Positions 11,078 through 20,528 of a DNA stretch of 64,000 bases are shown piece after piece. The notes beneath the pieces were generated by a model. The model was not told where the DNA came from. It searched no databases and worked only from the letters and a program-made list of their open reading frames with translations. The DNA is from a virus (lineage: Duplodnaviria > Caudoviricetes). Positions within the stretch are counted from its first letter, which is position 1. Every line of letters starts with the position of its first letter. The DNA is taken from the IMG/VR virus record IMGVR_UViG_3300028888_000085, positions 1 to 64,000 of that record. One strand, given 5' to 3'. The position numbers were made by a program, and so were the translations under genes.

Positions 11078-13366
11078 ATGGGTAAGAATCTGTACTCTGA
11101 TTTCGCTGTTCTGACTGCTGCCGGTCGCACTGCTGACTTTACGCAAGTAGCCGAAAGTCTTCGTATTATCCCGTTGTTCGACGAGATTAGTCTTGTTGAT
11201 GCCATGAAAGGTTTAAAAGACACTGAAATGGGTATTCCTTATTACAGTGGTTTTGACGGTGACCCTGGTATGTATGTACCTTTGAATGCTGCTGGTGCGG
11301 ATGTTAGCAATGTCACTATCCAGCATGATTCTGATGGGTATGTTCGCTTTGTAGGAAAATTGCAGGTTCCAAATGTGGAAGTAGACCCTGAGCAAAACCC
11401 TGATCCTGTTGTTATTTCCACTGTTGCAAAGGGGTTTGCGCTTGTTGACCTCTCAAGAGCTGATTCATCGCCTGAGCAGGGTCATATCTACGGTGAGATC
11501 GGCGGCAAGTCGAAGGATGTGGATGTTCTTGCAGTTGCTTCCATTGACCGTGGTTATGACATGGGGAACGAATGCTACGTTTCCTTTACCATCACGACCG
11601 TGAACAATTACAAGAGCGTTACGTTTAATCCTAACGCTTTTGCCACAATGGAAGACCTTACTGAAATCAACGGTCTCGATGGACTTCATATCGCTTTCGA
11701 TACCAAATCTGGCGACATTAAGCTCTTGGATAAAGACGGCAAAGTTCTGGATCAGGCGAATCTTCACATGGATGCCGACACCATCATTGCTGAAGGTGAA
11801 GAGGGTTACAAGTATGTAAAGACCGACCGTGACCAGGATATCCATTCCGTCAAGGCTTTCATGCCTGATGGTATGTCTGCTTTTGAGGATGTCGAAGCTC
11901 AGGACTATGAAATGGTCTCTGCTGCACTGCTTTTGGATTTGAGTGAACAGGATGCTGCTGTTACTGCCGCACAGGAAGCACTTGACACGGCAGATGGTGA
12001 ACTTGCTGCTGCACAAGAAGCACTTGACACTGCACAGGCTAATGTCGATGCTGATGACGGAAGCGACCCTGAGCATTCTTCACAGCTTGCACAAGCACTT
12101 GCTGATGCACAAGAAGCACTTGCCACTGCACATGGTAATCTTGAATCCGCACAGTCTGATGTTGAAGAAGCAAAAGAAGCTGTTGAGGATGCAAAACAGG
12201 CTGCACGTAATGGCGATTTCTCTGATGTTTTTGCTATTCGTGTCCTCGTTGACAATGAACCGACTGATTATTTCATCGGCGGTGGATACAATAATAGCAA
12301 GATTGGTGCTTCTGGTGTTGATTTCCTTACAGACGAAGCTCCTGGCGACACTCCTGAACTTACGCCGGTTTATTCCCCTGCCGCTTTCGTGTGGACAGTC
12401 GGCAAGGATGTCGGTGGTGAACCTGATGTTGACCTTACATTTGCACAGCAGATGAATGCCAATGCACAGGCGCTTGGATTCCATATTGGCGATGACATCC
12501 CTCTCGGAACGAATCTACCCGCTCTCGTTGCTAAGATGTCAGAAGGTGATTTCGATGCCGAAGCCTACATGCATGACATCATCGAGATGAATGATGAAGA
12601 GTACACTGTTGACGAACTTGTTGACGAACAGCGCAATCTCGCCAAAGCGGAACTCGTTGCATGGAATGCACAGCATCCTTCCCTTGCTCTTAATGAACTG
12701 GAAGGTACACGCGTTGGTAAAGACGGTGTTGATATCCGCAATGGTAATATCCGTATTGGTAATGGTAAACGGTCTGCTTTCCCGTATCAGTATGACATTG
12801 CTACGAATATCGGCGATACTGAACACACCAACGGTCTTCAGATTGGCGTCATTGATTCGTCTTATGGTGGTGGCAATAGCGGTACACCTCGTAATATCGT
12901 CACGATCAATAAAGACGATTACATCTCTGGTGCACCGATTTGCATGGTTCTTGCGCAGTTCTATATTAACCGTATCCAACAAGCTGATCTGCCTGACCTT
13001 GTGACCCCCGGTGTTGCTGTCAAACGTAAAACAGCGAACTTTAGTGTTAGCGTTCCAGATGAGCTTGCCGCTGGTATGTTTGAACTTACGATTAACGATA
13101 CCCGTCCAGACGTTGAACAGTCTATGGGCACGTTCGGTTTGGAGCGTATCATTGAGATCGTTCCTGTTTACACGCCGGGTGCTGATACATCCGAAGCTGT
13201 TCCCGCTCTCCAACCCATTCATGCTATTGGAAGATTCCAGGGTTCCGGCAGCAGAAGCCTTACCGTTCAGTGTTCACAGGTTCTTGACTGGGCGAACTCA
13301 CTCGGTATCGACGGAACAGGCAATGGTGATCAACCTTCTCTGTTCTTGATCGTCAAGGTTTACTAA
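11078..13366 (+). CDS. Tail fibre-like protein with internal coiled coil
   Basis: N-terminal domain paralogous to 1568-5512. Fibre-like motif VKTDRDQDIHSVKAF. Heptad AAQEALDTA repeats at about 11960-12200. Confidence 0.6.
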   Translation: MGKNLYSDFAVLTAAGRTADFTQVAESLRIIPLFDEISLVDAMKGLKDTEMGIPYYSGFDGDPGMYVPLNAAGADVSNVTIQHDSDGYVRFVGKLQVPNVEVDPEQNPDPVVISTVAKGFALVDLSRADSSPEQGHIYGEIGGKSKDVDVLAVASIDRGYDMGNECYVSFTITTVNNYKSVTFNPNAFATMEDLTEINGLDGLHIAFDTKSGDIKLLDKDGKVLDQANLHMDADTIIAEGEEGYKYVKTDRDQDIHSVKAFMPDGMSAFEDVEAQDYEMVSAALLLDLSEQDAAVTAAQEALDTADGELAAAQEALDTAQANVDADDGSDPEHSSQLAQALADAQEALATAHGNLESAQSDVEEAKEAVEDAKQAARNGDFSDVFAIRVLVDNEPTDYFIGGGYNNSKIGASGVDFLTDEAPGDTPELTPVYSPAAFVWTVGKDVGGEPDVDLTFAQQMNANAQALGFHIGDDIPLGTNLPALVAKMSEGDFDAEAYMHDIIEMNDEEYTVDELVDEQRNLAKAELVAWNAQHPSLALNELEGTRVGKDGVDIRNGNIRIGNGKRSAFPYQYDIATNIGDTEHTNGLQIGVIDSSYGGGNSGTPRNIVTINKDDYISGAPICMVLAQFYINRIQQADLPDLVTPGVAVKRKTANFSVSVPDELAAGMFELTINDTRPDVEQSMGTFGLERIIEIVPVYTPGADTSEAVPALQPIHAIGRFQGSGSRSLTVQCSQVLDWANSLGIDGTGNGDQPSLFLIVKVY

Positions 13367-13400
13367 TTAAATCACACCCTGTTAAATCAGGGTGAAAATG

Positions 13401-13445
13401 AAAATCGCGTAGAACACGCCTAATTTGCGTTCTACGCGATTTTTT
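13401..13445. terminator. Bidirectional terminator between convergent blocks
   Basis: AAAATCGCGTAGAAC...GTTCTACGCGATTTTT inverted repeat. Confidence 0.75.
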
Positions 13446-13502
13446 GTTTTAGGTATGTACTTACTAGGGTAATAATGTAACTTTTTAGTACAGGGCAAAT
13501 TT
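13421..13502 (-). repeat. Dispersed ~90-bp intergenic element, copy A
   Basis: Reverse complement reads AAATTTGCCCTGTACTAAAAAGTTAC...AGTAC...AAAACAAAAAATCG...GCAAATTA, matching the copies at 37608 and 49831. Confidence 0.9.
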
Positions 13503-13578
13503 GGTCTTGTTCTGAGACAGAATGTTCAACGGTATTCAGTCTTCTGGTTTGAGTTTAGGCTTTTTCAAAAATGATACA

Positions 13579-13770
13579 TCAAGTTCCATACTTGTTCTCC
13601 TTCGCTGCTTTTTCCACAGCTTCGATGTAGAAGATTACCTGCTGCAACTTTCTCAAAACAAAGTCAGGCACAACTGCATTACGACCAGAGTATTCAGGTG
13701 GGCGTAATCGATGATAAATATCCGTAAGTGTTTCAGTAATGTCATGTAGTTCATTCATGTTCATGTCCAA
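13579..13770 (-). CDS. Hypothetical protein
   Basis: Last ORF of a tightly packed minus-strand block. Confidence 0.6.
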   Translation of the reverse strand: MDMNMNELHDITETLTDIYHRLRPPEYSGRNAVVPDFVLRKLQQVIFYIEAVEKAAKENKYGT

Positions 13771-13772
13771 CT

Positions 13773-14447
13773 CTATTCATTATCGTCTTCGTCAAAGTCA
13801 TCGTCCAACTGCTTATAGTAGTCATCTGCCTTTGCCTTTAGAATGGATTTGACACGTTTCTTAATCCCAGGCAACAAACACTTAGCATCACGAACACTGT
13901 CAGGATACTTGTCGAGAATTTCAATAAACGTCTGAACGGCATCCAACCAATCCCATGTCACATTGTCTGGAATGTTGTTGAGGTTCGACTGCTCATCTAT
14001 TGGGTGAAACCGATAACCATCGCATGGCAGCGTGAAGTCTCTTATGCGTTCTTTAACAGTAAAGACCTTATGAATGTGTTCGTTTAACTTGTCTGCCACT
14101 TCTTCTGAAAGCAAATAGTCTGCTTCGTTTCCATTGTGAGCTGACTCCAATTCATCACCGAGCGTGAAGGTTCTGTTGAGCAAATGAGCTTTGACTTGTT
14201 CTGCAACAGCCTTTTCCAGTCGCTTGCAGAACAGCTCGTTGTCTCTAACCGGCGAATAAAGTACAGAGTCACCATTCGTTTCCGGTTCTGTGTTGTCACG
14301 TTCTTGAACAATCCGACCGTCTGTGTTCCATGCAAAGCCATTTCCCCATACGAGAAACAACTGATGGTATGCAACGGTTGCGTTACGGATAGAACACGGT
14401 GCGTTAAGCATCATGTCTAATACTGTGTCATAAGCTGTCTTTACCAT
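13773..14447 (-). CDS. Hypothetical protein
   Basis: 224-aa ORF in the minus-strand block. Confidence 0.75.
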   Translation of the reverse strand: MVKTAYDTVLDMMLNAPCSIRNATVAYHQLFLVWGNGFAWNTDGRIVQERDNTEPETNGDSVLYSPVRDNELFCKRLEKAVAEQVKAHLLNRTFTLGDELESAHNGNEADYLLSEEVADKLNEHIHKVFTVKERIRDFTLPCDGYRFHPIDEQSNLNNIPDNVTWDWLDAVQTFIEILDKYPDSVRDAKCLLPGIKKRVKSILKAKADDYYKQLDDDFDEDDNE

Positions 14448-14452
14448 AGCAA

Positions 14453-14662
14453 TTATTCGTCATCCCAATTCTCTGATTCTGCTTCTGAATCAACGTCAAA
14501 CAAAGTAATATTCACATACGGTTTCAAGTCGGTAATCTCTTTAATCGTCATGTTCACCATATCGCATCGAAACACACGATGTGATATTGGTGCATACGAC
14601 TTCCGTGTTTCCGATTCGTAATACTTGATGATGTTCCTAGCCGCCTTTTCTGTGCTGTACAC
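14453..14662 (-). CDS. Hypothetical protein
   Basis: Short ORF that tiles the block. Confidence 0.5.
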   Translation of the reverse strand: MYSTEKAARNIIKYYESETRKSYAPISHRVFRCDMVNMTIKEITDLKPYVNITLFDVDSEAESENWDDE

Positions 14663-14673
14663 GCGCCGAAACG

Positions 14674-14883
14674 TTAGATGACGCGTTCACGAACATTCGT
14701 CATCAAGACATCCGTGACATAATAAAGCGTTTCGGTCAATCCTGTTTTGCCGTCTAATGCTTGCATCATATTTGCGGAATATGCACTTGCCGCTTCTTCG
14801 TCGTTTCCTGCAAGCATACCCTCGATGAAATACAATCGACGCAATGCAGCTCTGACATTTGTTATATCGTGTCCGTTAATCAT
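14674..14883 (-). CDS. Hypothetical protein
   Basis: Short ORF with an upstream GAAGGTG RBS-like sequence. Confidence 0.65.
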   Translation of the reverse strand: MINGHDITNVRAALRRLYFIEGMLAGNDEEAASAYSANMMQALDGKTGLTETLYYVTDVLMTNVRERVI

Positions 14884-14906
14884 TAGTTCACCTTCTAATC
14901 AGTTAT

Positions 14907-14941
14907 AAGCCCACCGTCTTTAAAGGCGGTGGGTAGTTGAC
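14907..14941 (-). mobile_element. Isolated IS200/IS605 (IscB/HEARO-type) end hairpin remnant
   Basis: Minus strand reads GTCAACTACCCACCGCCTTTAAAGACGGTGGGCTT, the typical GTCAACTACCC..GCCT-AAA-GGC..GGGCTT end. No transposon body follows. Confidence 0.65.
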
Positions 14942-14951
14942 ATTGTTTTGT

Positions 14952-16337
14952 TCATTCAAATACTACGTTTAATGTAACGCCCGGTTCACCGAACTCGAAA
15001 CTTTGTTCTGTCTGTGGATTCTTTCGATTCCTGCGTAAAGCGTAAAATGGTGTTTTGTTTGGTTCGCCTTTACGTTCTGTTTTACAAGGCTTTATTTCCT
15101 TGAGGAATGCAGCAGAAAAGTCCGTTGGTTCGCTCAGTTTTAATGCAGAGAAGTTTTTCATACGAAGTACACGTCCGTCGTCCATGCACAGGTAAACTCT
15201 ATCCTCTGTGCATTTAAATTGTCCTGACAGGTCACATGCGTCTTGATGTTTCGAGTATGTCATTGCTTCGAGGTCAAACACATACCAGAGAGATGGAGTG
15301 AATCCAACGAACAGGTATGGGTGTCCGTCCTGCCACATGTGTTTTACGACAGGTTGTTTTTTGCAGTCCACATCCGTTAAAGATGCTTTGACAAAGAAGT
15401 GGTTTGTTTTCGTATGTGTTACGAACAATCTGCCGGTTCTCGCTCCAGAATTAAGCATATACACCGTCATGTTTTCCTGCTCGGCAACCGGAATCATTTC
15501 CTGATGCGTGACCACATCGTCTTCTTTACCGGGTGATGTCAGGTACATGGACTTTATAGGGTTATTGCTTTCTTCACACTCCTTTACTTCGTCATACGCA
15601 TCGTAATCAGGTACCCACCGATTGCTTTTTTGTTTGCACCGTACAAAGTGTTTTGGCTCATCTGACATGAACACTTCTGAACCACGTATGATGTGAGGAA
15701 GGATGCAGTTCTTGTCATACGTGTATTCAAGATTGTTGCATACTGTCATCGTCTTCAGATGAATGGTATTGAAAAATTCATTGTTGTCTTTGCATTCACG
15801 GTATGGAACACACAGATATGTCTGGTTACCTCGCAGGAGGAAAGGTTCAGGCGCTTCACAACGTGGCATTGTTAATTGGATGCTTATGTCGAAACATTCC
15901 ATGTCAACATCATCGGAAGGGTCGTCGATTCTCTCCCCGTCCGTAAGTGCAAATGTGTTGATGTTATTGAAGAAGCAACGACGTGTCAGGTATGGCTTGA
16001 ACAAGTTCAAGTATTCCTGTGTGTCTTCCACTTCATGCATCCATACGGTGTAATACGTATTGTCCGGTGACTTCTTGTAACACAGCCGCAGACCGAACTC
16101 CTGCATAGCCGTTCCTAAAGCGTCAAGACCGTTCTTCAGCGAACGAAGTTCATAGGCTTCCGCTACTGCGTCAAGGTATTCATCTTTCAATGCTTCACAT
16201 GGGTTTAGTTTACGCAGAATGTCGAGAACCTCAGTGACATAGGTTGACGGGTACACCGGAAATGTTTTGACGTTCAATGTCATGTACAGTTCATTCCATG
16301 TCAAGAGTTCGTCACGTTTGTCTTCAAAGCTACTCAT
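14952..16337 (-). CDS. Hypothetical protein
   Basis: 461-aa ORF with an AAGGAG RBS. Confidence 0.8.
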   Translation of the reverse strand: MSSFEDKRDELLTWNELYMTLNVKTFPVYPSTYVTEVLDILRKLNPCEALKDEYLDAVAEAYELRSLKNGLDALGTAMQEFGLRLCYKKSPDNTYYTVWMHEVEDTQEYLNLFKPYLTRRCFFNNINTFALTDGERIDDPSDDVDMECFDISIQLTMPRCEAPEPFLLRGNQTYLCVPYRECKDNNEFFNTIHLKTMTVCNNLEYTYDKNCILPHIIRGSEVFMSDEPKHFVRCKQKSNRWVPDYDAYDEVKECEESNNPIKSMYLTSPGKEDDVVTHQEMIPVAEQENMTVYMLNSGARTGRLFVTHTKTNHFFVKASLTDVDCKKQPVVKHMWQDGHPYLFVGFTPSLWYVFDLEAMTYSKHQDACDLSGQFKCTEDRVYLCMDDGRVLRMKNFSALKLSEPTDFSAAFLKEIKPCKTERKGEPNKTPFYALRRNRKNPQTEQSFEFGEPGVTLNVVFE

Positions 16338-16517
16338 AGCACGCTCCTTTTGTGTCTATCACGTCATTGTGATGATTGTTCGGATGTTTGCGTCATTGCA
16401 TTCATCCCGTTTAAGAATATACCATCACACTTCATCTGTAACTGGTAACAGCACCATGTCTGCAATCAAACCTAATGTCTTACTCTGTTTGTTTTATGGA
16501 GAGCGGTGAGGTTTCAA

Positions 16518-17543
16518 ATGCTTATCAGAAAACAAAATTCAACACGAAATAAACGAAACGAATCTGACGATACACAGCAGCCAAATCCACCTAAACGTGG
16601 ACGTACAAAAAATCGTATCGACCGGGAAAACTGGAAATCTGATGCGTTTCTTATTGAGCAGTTCCATGACATTGATGACCTTTATTTCGATGGGTATTTC
16701 AGACTTAACGGCTGGAAAGATGAATGGGTAAAGTATGACCGTATCGGTCTTGGTACGCTCGGATGTTTCAGCTACCTTCCTGTGTTTTCAGCGATGACCA
16801 GCCTTCGTGAAAATGGATGGGTAAATCAGAGTATCGGTTTCGTTTCAACAGGAATCTCAATCGGCAAAGATACTGTGTTCAACTCACTGCATGATTTACG
16901 TGACACATTGGCACACGAAATGTGTCATGCACTGACATTCATGCAGTACACCGACTTGCGTGAAATGCTCACAAGTAATCGTGAGGGTGGTCATGGTAAA
17001 CGATGGCGTGATAATGCCGACATCGTAAACCAGAAAAGCGTTGGAATTGACGACCTGAGTATTAAACGATTTGCAGACAACGAAAAAGCCATGTTCACTG
17101 TGTTTCAAACCGCACGCATGTCTGCTGAGTTTTGCTATTATTACATTGATGCTGATGAAAGCATGACGACCCTTAGGTTCTTCAGGACAAACAAACCTCA
17201 GGTTGGATTTGAGGATGCCTGGGATTTCATGCATGACGACCCAAAAGCAAAAGTCCAGTCGAAACTTCTTCTGGTTAAAGCATCTGACGCTTTTATCTCC
17301 GCCGCCGTTGGCTCAGGTTATGAAGACTTTATGGAGACTTTAAAAAATAAGTCTGTAGCCGGTAAATTCGTTTCAACTGCTGACCCATTTACAAGCGGTC
17401 AGTATGGAGCGTCAAAGGGTGTAAAACGTCTTTTGGACTTGTGCAGGAATGAGGACATGTCGTACATTCTTGACGGTAAAGTTGTCGAGCCTATCCAGAT
17501 ACTTGAAGAGTGGACGATTGAGCAGCTTCGTGATGAAGACTGA
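16518..17543 (+). CDS. SprT-like HExxH zinc metalloprotease with basic NES leader (putative head cargo)
   Basis: TLAHEMCH followed by GGHGKRW, the SprT pattern. Leader MLIRKQNSTRNKRNES. Confidence 0.75.
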   Translation: MLIRKQNSTRNKRNESDDTQQPNPPKRGRTKNRIDRENWKSDAFLIEQFHDIDDLYFDGYFRLNGWKDEWVKYDRIGLGTLGCFSYLPVFSAMTSLRENGWVNQSIGFVSTGISIGKDTVFNSLHDLRDTLAHEMCHALTFMQYTDLREMLTSNREGGHGKRWRDNADIVNQKSVGIDDLSIKRFADNEKAMFTVFQTARMSAEFCYYYIDADESMTTLRFFRTNKPQVGFEDAWDFMHDDPKAKVQSKLLLVKASDAFISAAVGSGYEDFMETLKNKSVAGKFVSTADPFTSGQYGASKGVKRLLDLCRNEDMSYILDGKVVEPIQILEEWTIEQLRDED

Positions 17544-17593
17544 TTCAGACTTTGTTAAAACAGTGTAAGACGTAAGCATGAAAGAGCAGTGTT

Positions 17594-18724
17594 ATGGCAG
17601 ATGTAGGCATTTTTCAGCGTTCAGAATATTCTTTCCGTGGCGGCACGTTCACATCGGATATGGGTGGTGCACGTGGTGTACTAACAGGTGTTGCGTTGTC
17701 CCTTATTGACCATGGATGGAATCTTGTCGGTACTTGGGATGAATCACTGGCGGTTCTGTCTGAGATTGCCTATATTCTGCTTGTGCATGACTCTGGTTTG
17801 AAAGCGTGCTTTGCAATGAATGTATCTGCTGTCCCTGAGTCGTTTATGACTTTCTGTCTTCCTGCATCGGTCGGCAAGGATGAGTGCGGGCAGACTCATC
17901 CAGGTCAGTATGCCGGTGGTCTTATGTGTTCTGTTGTGCCTCCGACGAGTTCAGAAAAGTTCGAGTTCATACGTGACGATGATGGCAAGGTGACCGGACT
18001 CAAAAAGCCGTTTCAAAGTACTCCGTTTGTCGGCACTGTCGGCGCACGTAATCGAATGGTAAAGTCTTTCTTAGACATTAACCGAACTGACGAATATTAT
18101 TCTTACATCGTTGTTTCTGATGGTTACACGGTATATGGGTTTTCACATAAGATGTCCGATGAAGAACATTTACGTGGATTCGCATGTGGTTCGCTTATGG
18201 GAGAACTTCTTTATCCAGACAGAGATACATCGTATTGTTCTAGGTATCTTGCTGTACGTCTCAGCCTGGATGCTGATGAGAATTATCCGCCCATTGACGA
18301 TTGCGGCATAGGTTCTGATGAGGACTTTGCTTTTCCGCTGCATACCAAACCCGGTGTTGCTTATGCAGCGTGCATGAATGCAAACAATAACATGAGTGTT
18401 TGGGTTCCTTGTCATTTGCATATTGATTCACATTATCTGAGTTTAAAGACGTATATCCCTGCTGTTTTAGGTAAAGACAGATTTGCCCGTATTGCTGTGT
18501 TCGCAGGGTATTCAGAGGAAGAGGCAGACCCTTACACATACAGAATTATGTGGGGCGATACGTTAAAGGGTTACCTTGATACAAAACGATTTGTGATGAC
18601 GACGCCAAATCACAGACCTGTCGGTACATGGTACAACAATAACAGTATGGTTCATGTCGGCGGCGGACTGCTTATCGGGTACACACAGGGCGGACCGTTG
18701 TTACCTGTCCGTTCAGAGGATTAA
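17594..18724 (+). CDS. Hypothetical (possibly virion) protein
   Basis: 376-aa ORF co-oriented with late genes. Confidence 0.7.
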   Translation: MADVGIFQRSEYSFRGGTFTSDMGGARGVLTGVALSLIDHGWNLVGTWDESLAVLSEIAYILLVHDSGLKACFAMNVSAVPESFMTFCLPASVGKDECGQTHPGQYAGGLMCSVVPPTSSEKFEFIRDDDGKVTGLKKPFQSTPFVGTVGARNRMVKSFLDINRTDEYYSYIVVSDGYTVYGFSHKMSDEEHLRGFACGSLMGELLYPDRDTSYCSRYLAVRLSLDADENYPPIDDCGIGSDEDFAFPLHTKPGVAYAACMNANNNMSVWVPCHLHIDSHYLSLKTYIPAVLGKDRFARIAVFAGYSEEEADPYTYRIMWGDTLKGYLDTKRFVMTTPNHRPVGTWYNNNSMVHVGGGLLIGYTQGGPLLPVRSED

Positions 18725-18795
18725 AAGCTCTTGTATATCGAACTTATCAGGCTTATCAGGCTTATGTCTCTTACCTTTTTTGGAGTTGTCGTGTT

Positions 18796-20514
18796 ATGAT
18801 AAGATTAAACAAATATAATCGTGTAAACAAACGGTACGAAAGCCATATCGGTACATACTGGATGACTGCAAAGGCAATCGCAACTGTGCTTCTGCGAGAT
18901 GGATGGGATGTGTTTTATCCCTCACGTCAGACGTTGGAACAGGTGTCGAAAGGTACGCAGGAAGATATTTCAAGCGTCTTGGGCAGCCATTTCACGTTTG
19001 TCTTTATGCGTTTGCAGCCGGACGGTAACATTCCACTGTATCCAACTCTGATTGTGCTGTCTGACAATCCGAACTCGACTCGTGAAGATGCGATGGAGCT
19101 TTTGGCTTCGCACATTGATGTAACAGCCGAAGACATTGAAATCGTGTGCTCGAACTTCTTTAAAGACGATGACGATGCCCGCATGTCAGACATCTTTGAT
19201 GAAATTCGTGTCGATGTAACGCCAGGAACAGGTCGCAATGACGAAACGGTTGATGTTCGTGAGTTCACCATTGCAGATAATGGAACTGTTAGAGAGTTGT
19301 CCATCTCTGCCATGCTTGAAGCTCTTGGAGCAAATGACAATGCGGATTATGACATCGTGTTTTCCAAACTGAAAATTACGTCTCCTGGACTCGTTCCTTT
19401 TAACTGGCAAGACCCAAAAGTAAATGCTCTGACAAAGAAGTTGCCCAAGTTTGGTCTGACTTCTGACGGCACTGTCACTGTGTCTCGGGAAATGTCATTA
19501 AAGGATATGATTTCTGTAATCACATTGCAGTTACGTGAATGGTGTCATCCACGTAATCATGCTGAAAATATGTGGTCTCGCCTGTGGGAATCTGTTGCTG
19601 TCGATTACATGTGTGAGCGTCCTGATGAGAATCTTGATTTCAATCCAATGACACGTGACGATTATGGTATGACTGACGATGAAATTGACTACGATTCGTT
19701 GTACGATGCCGTCACTGGAGAATCAAAACGTCGAACAGCCAAGCGTAGATTTGAAAAATATTCGCTTGTGTTCGGAAAGAACGAACTTCGCAAACTTCGT
19801 CCTGCTCTGAAAACCCGTGCGAATGAACGTATCATGGATACCAATTCAACCGTAAGCGACATTAAACAGGTGATGCTCGATTTCTTGAACTCAAGCGTCA
19901 TTATGAATGACTTCTTTGGGTTCAAAATTCCGTTTAACATGTGTGCAAAGGTTGATATCGAAACCAAGTCACATAACTATATCCTGTTTGGTTCGTATGC
20001 TTACACAAACGGGCACAGCGATGAAGAAATCCTGTGCATCCGTGTAAGCGTTCACGGCAATCATGTGTCTTTGTTCGATGTCTATGAGGACTATCAGATT
20101 GTTGAAGATACTCAGTCTCCTGCATCGAATTTGAGAGACTATTTGAACGGTAAAAAGTCATTGCTTGATAAGGGCAAGAAAGAGTCCAGAAATGTTCGTT
20201 CTTACAGAAGAAAGTACGAATCTTACTGTATTGCATACGATGAACTCATGCCAGCTCTCGTTGATTCGTTTAAACGAAATAAACGGCAGCATGGTGTAAA
20301 TTCCTCGTACACATGCTCCTACAAGATGTTGACAGACCATCGTGGTATCTTGACGATACGCAATTACTTGAAATTCGAGATTGATATTTGGGACCGTGTT
20401 GAGGTTCGGTATGCTGATACTCATCAGATGATGGGAATTTATGACATGGATGACTTTAACAGTGTTTCCGAACTTGCTGACAGTATCGTCATCGACATTT
20501 TCCGTACCATGTAA
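18796..20514 (+). CDS. Putative head-packaged polyprotein
   Basis: Leader ends NKRYES. Internal linkers GESKRRTAKRRFE and KGKKESRNVRSYRRKYES. Confidence 0.6.
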   Translation: MIRLNKYNRVNKRYESHIGTYWMTAKAIATVLLRDGWDVFYPSRQTLEQVSKGTQEDISSVLGSHFTFVFMRLQPDGNIPLYPTLIVLSDNPNSTREDAMELLASHIDVTAEDIEIVCSNFFKDDDDARMSDIFDEIRVDVTPGTGRNDETVDVREFTIADNGTVRELSISAMLEALGANDNADYDIVFSKLKITSPGLVPFNWQDPKVNALTKKLPKFGLTSDGTVTVSREMSLKDMISVITLQLREWCHPRNHAENMWSRLWESVAVDYMCERPDENLDFNPMTRDDYGMTDDEIDYDSLYDAVTGESKRRTAKRRFEKYSLVFGKNELRKLRPALKTRANERIMDTNSTVSDIKQVMLDFLNSSVIMNDFFGFKIPFNMCAKVDIETKSHNYILFGSYAYTNGHSDEEILCIRVSVHGNHVSLFDVYEDYQIVEDTQSPASNLRDYLNGKKSLLDKGKKESRNVRSYRRKYESYCIAYDELMPALVDSFKRNKRQHGVNSSYTCSYKMLTDHRGILTIRNYLKFEIDIWDRVEVRYADTHQMMGIYDMDDFNSVSELADSIVIDIFRTM

Positions 20515-20528
20515 TTAGGAGGTTTCTT

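Noticed and set aside
10981-18765. Short tandem duplications (TTCTTTACGT twice near 10981; CTTATCAGG twice near 18743)
   Set aside because: Two-copy slippage-type repeats with no supporting context.
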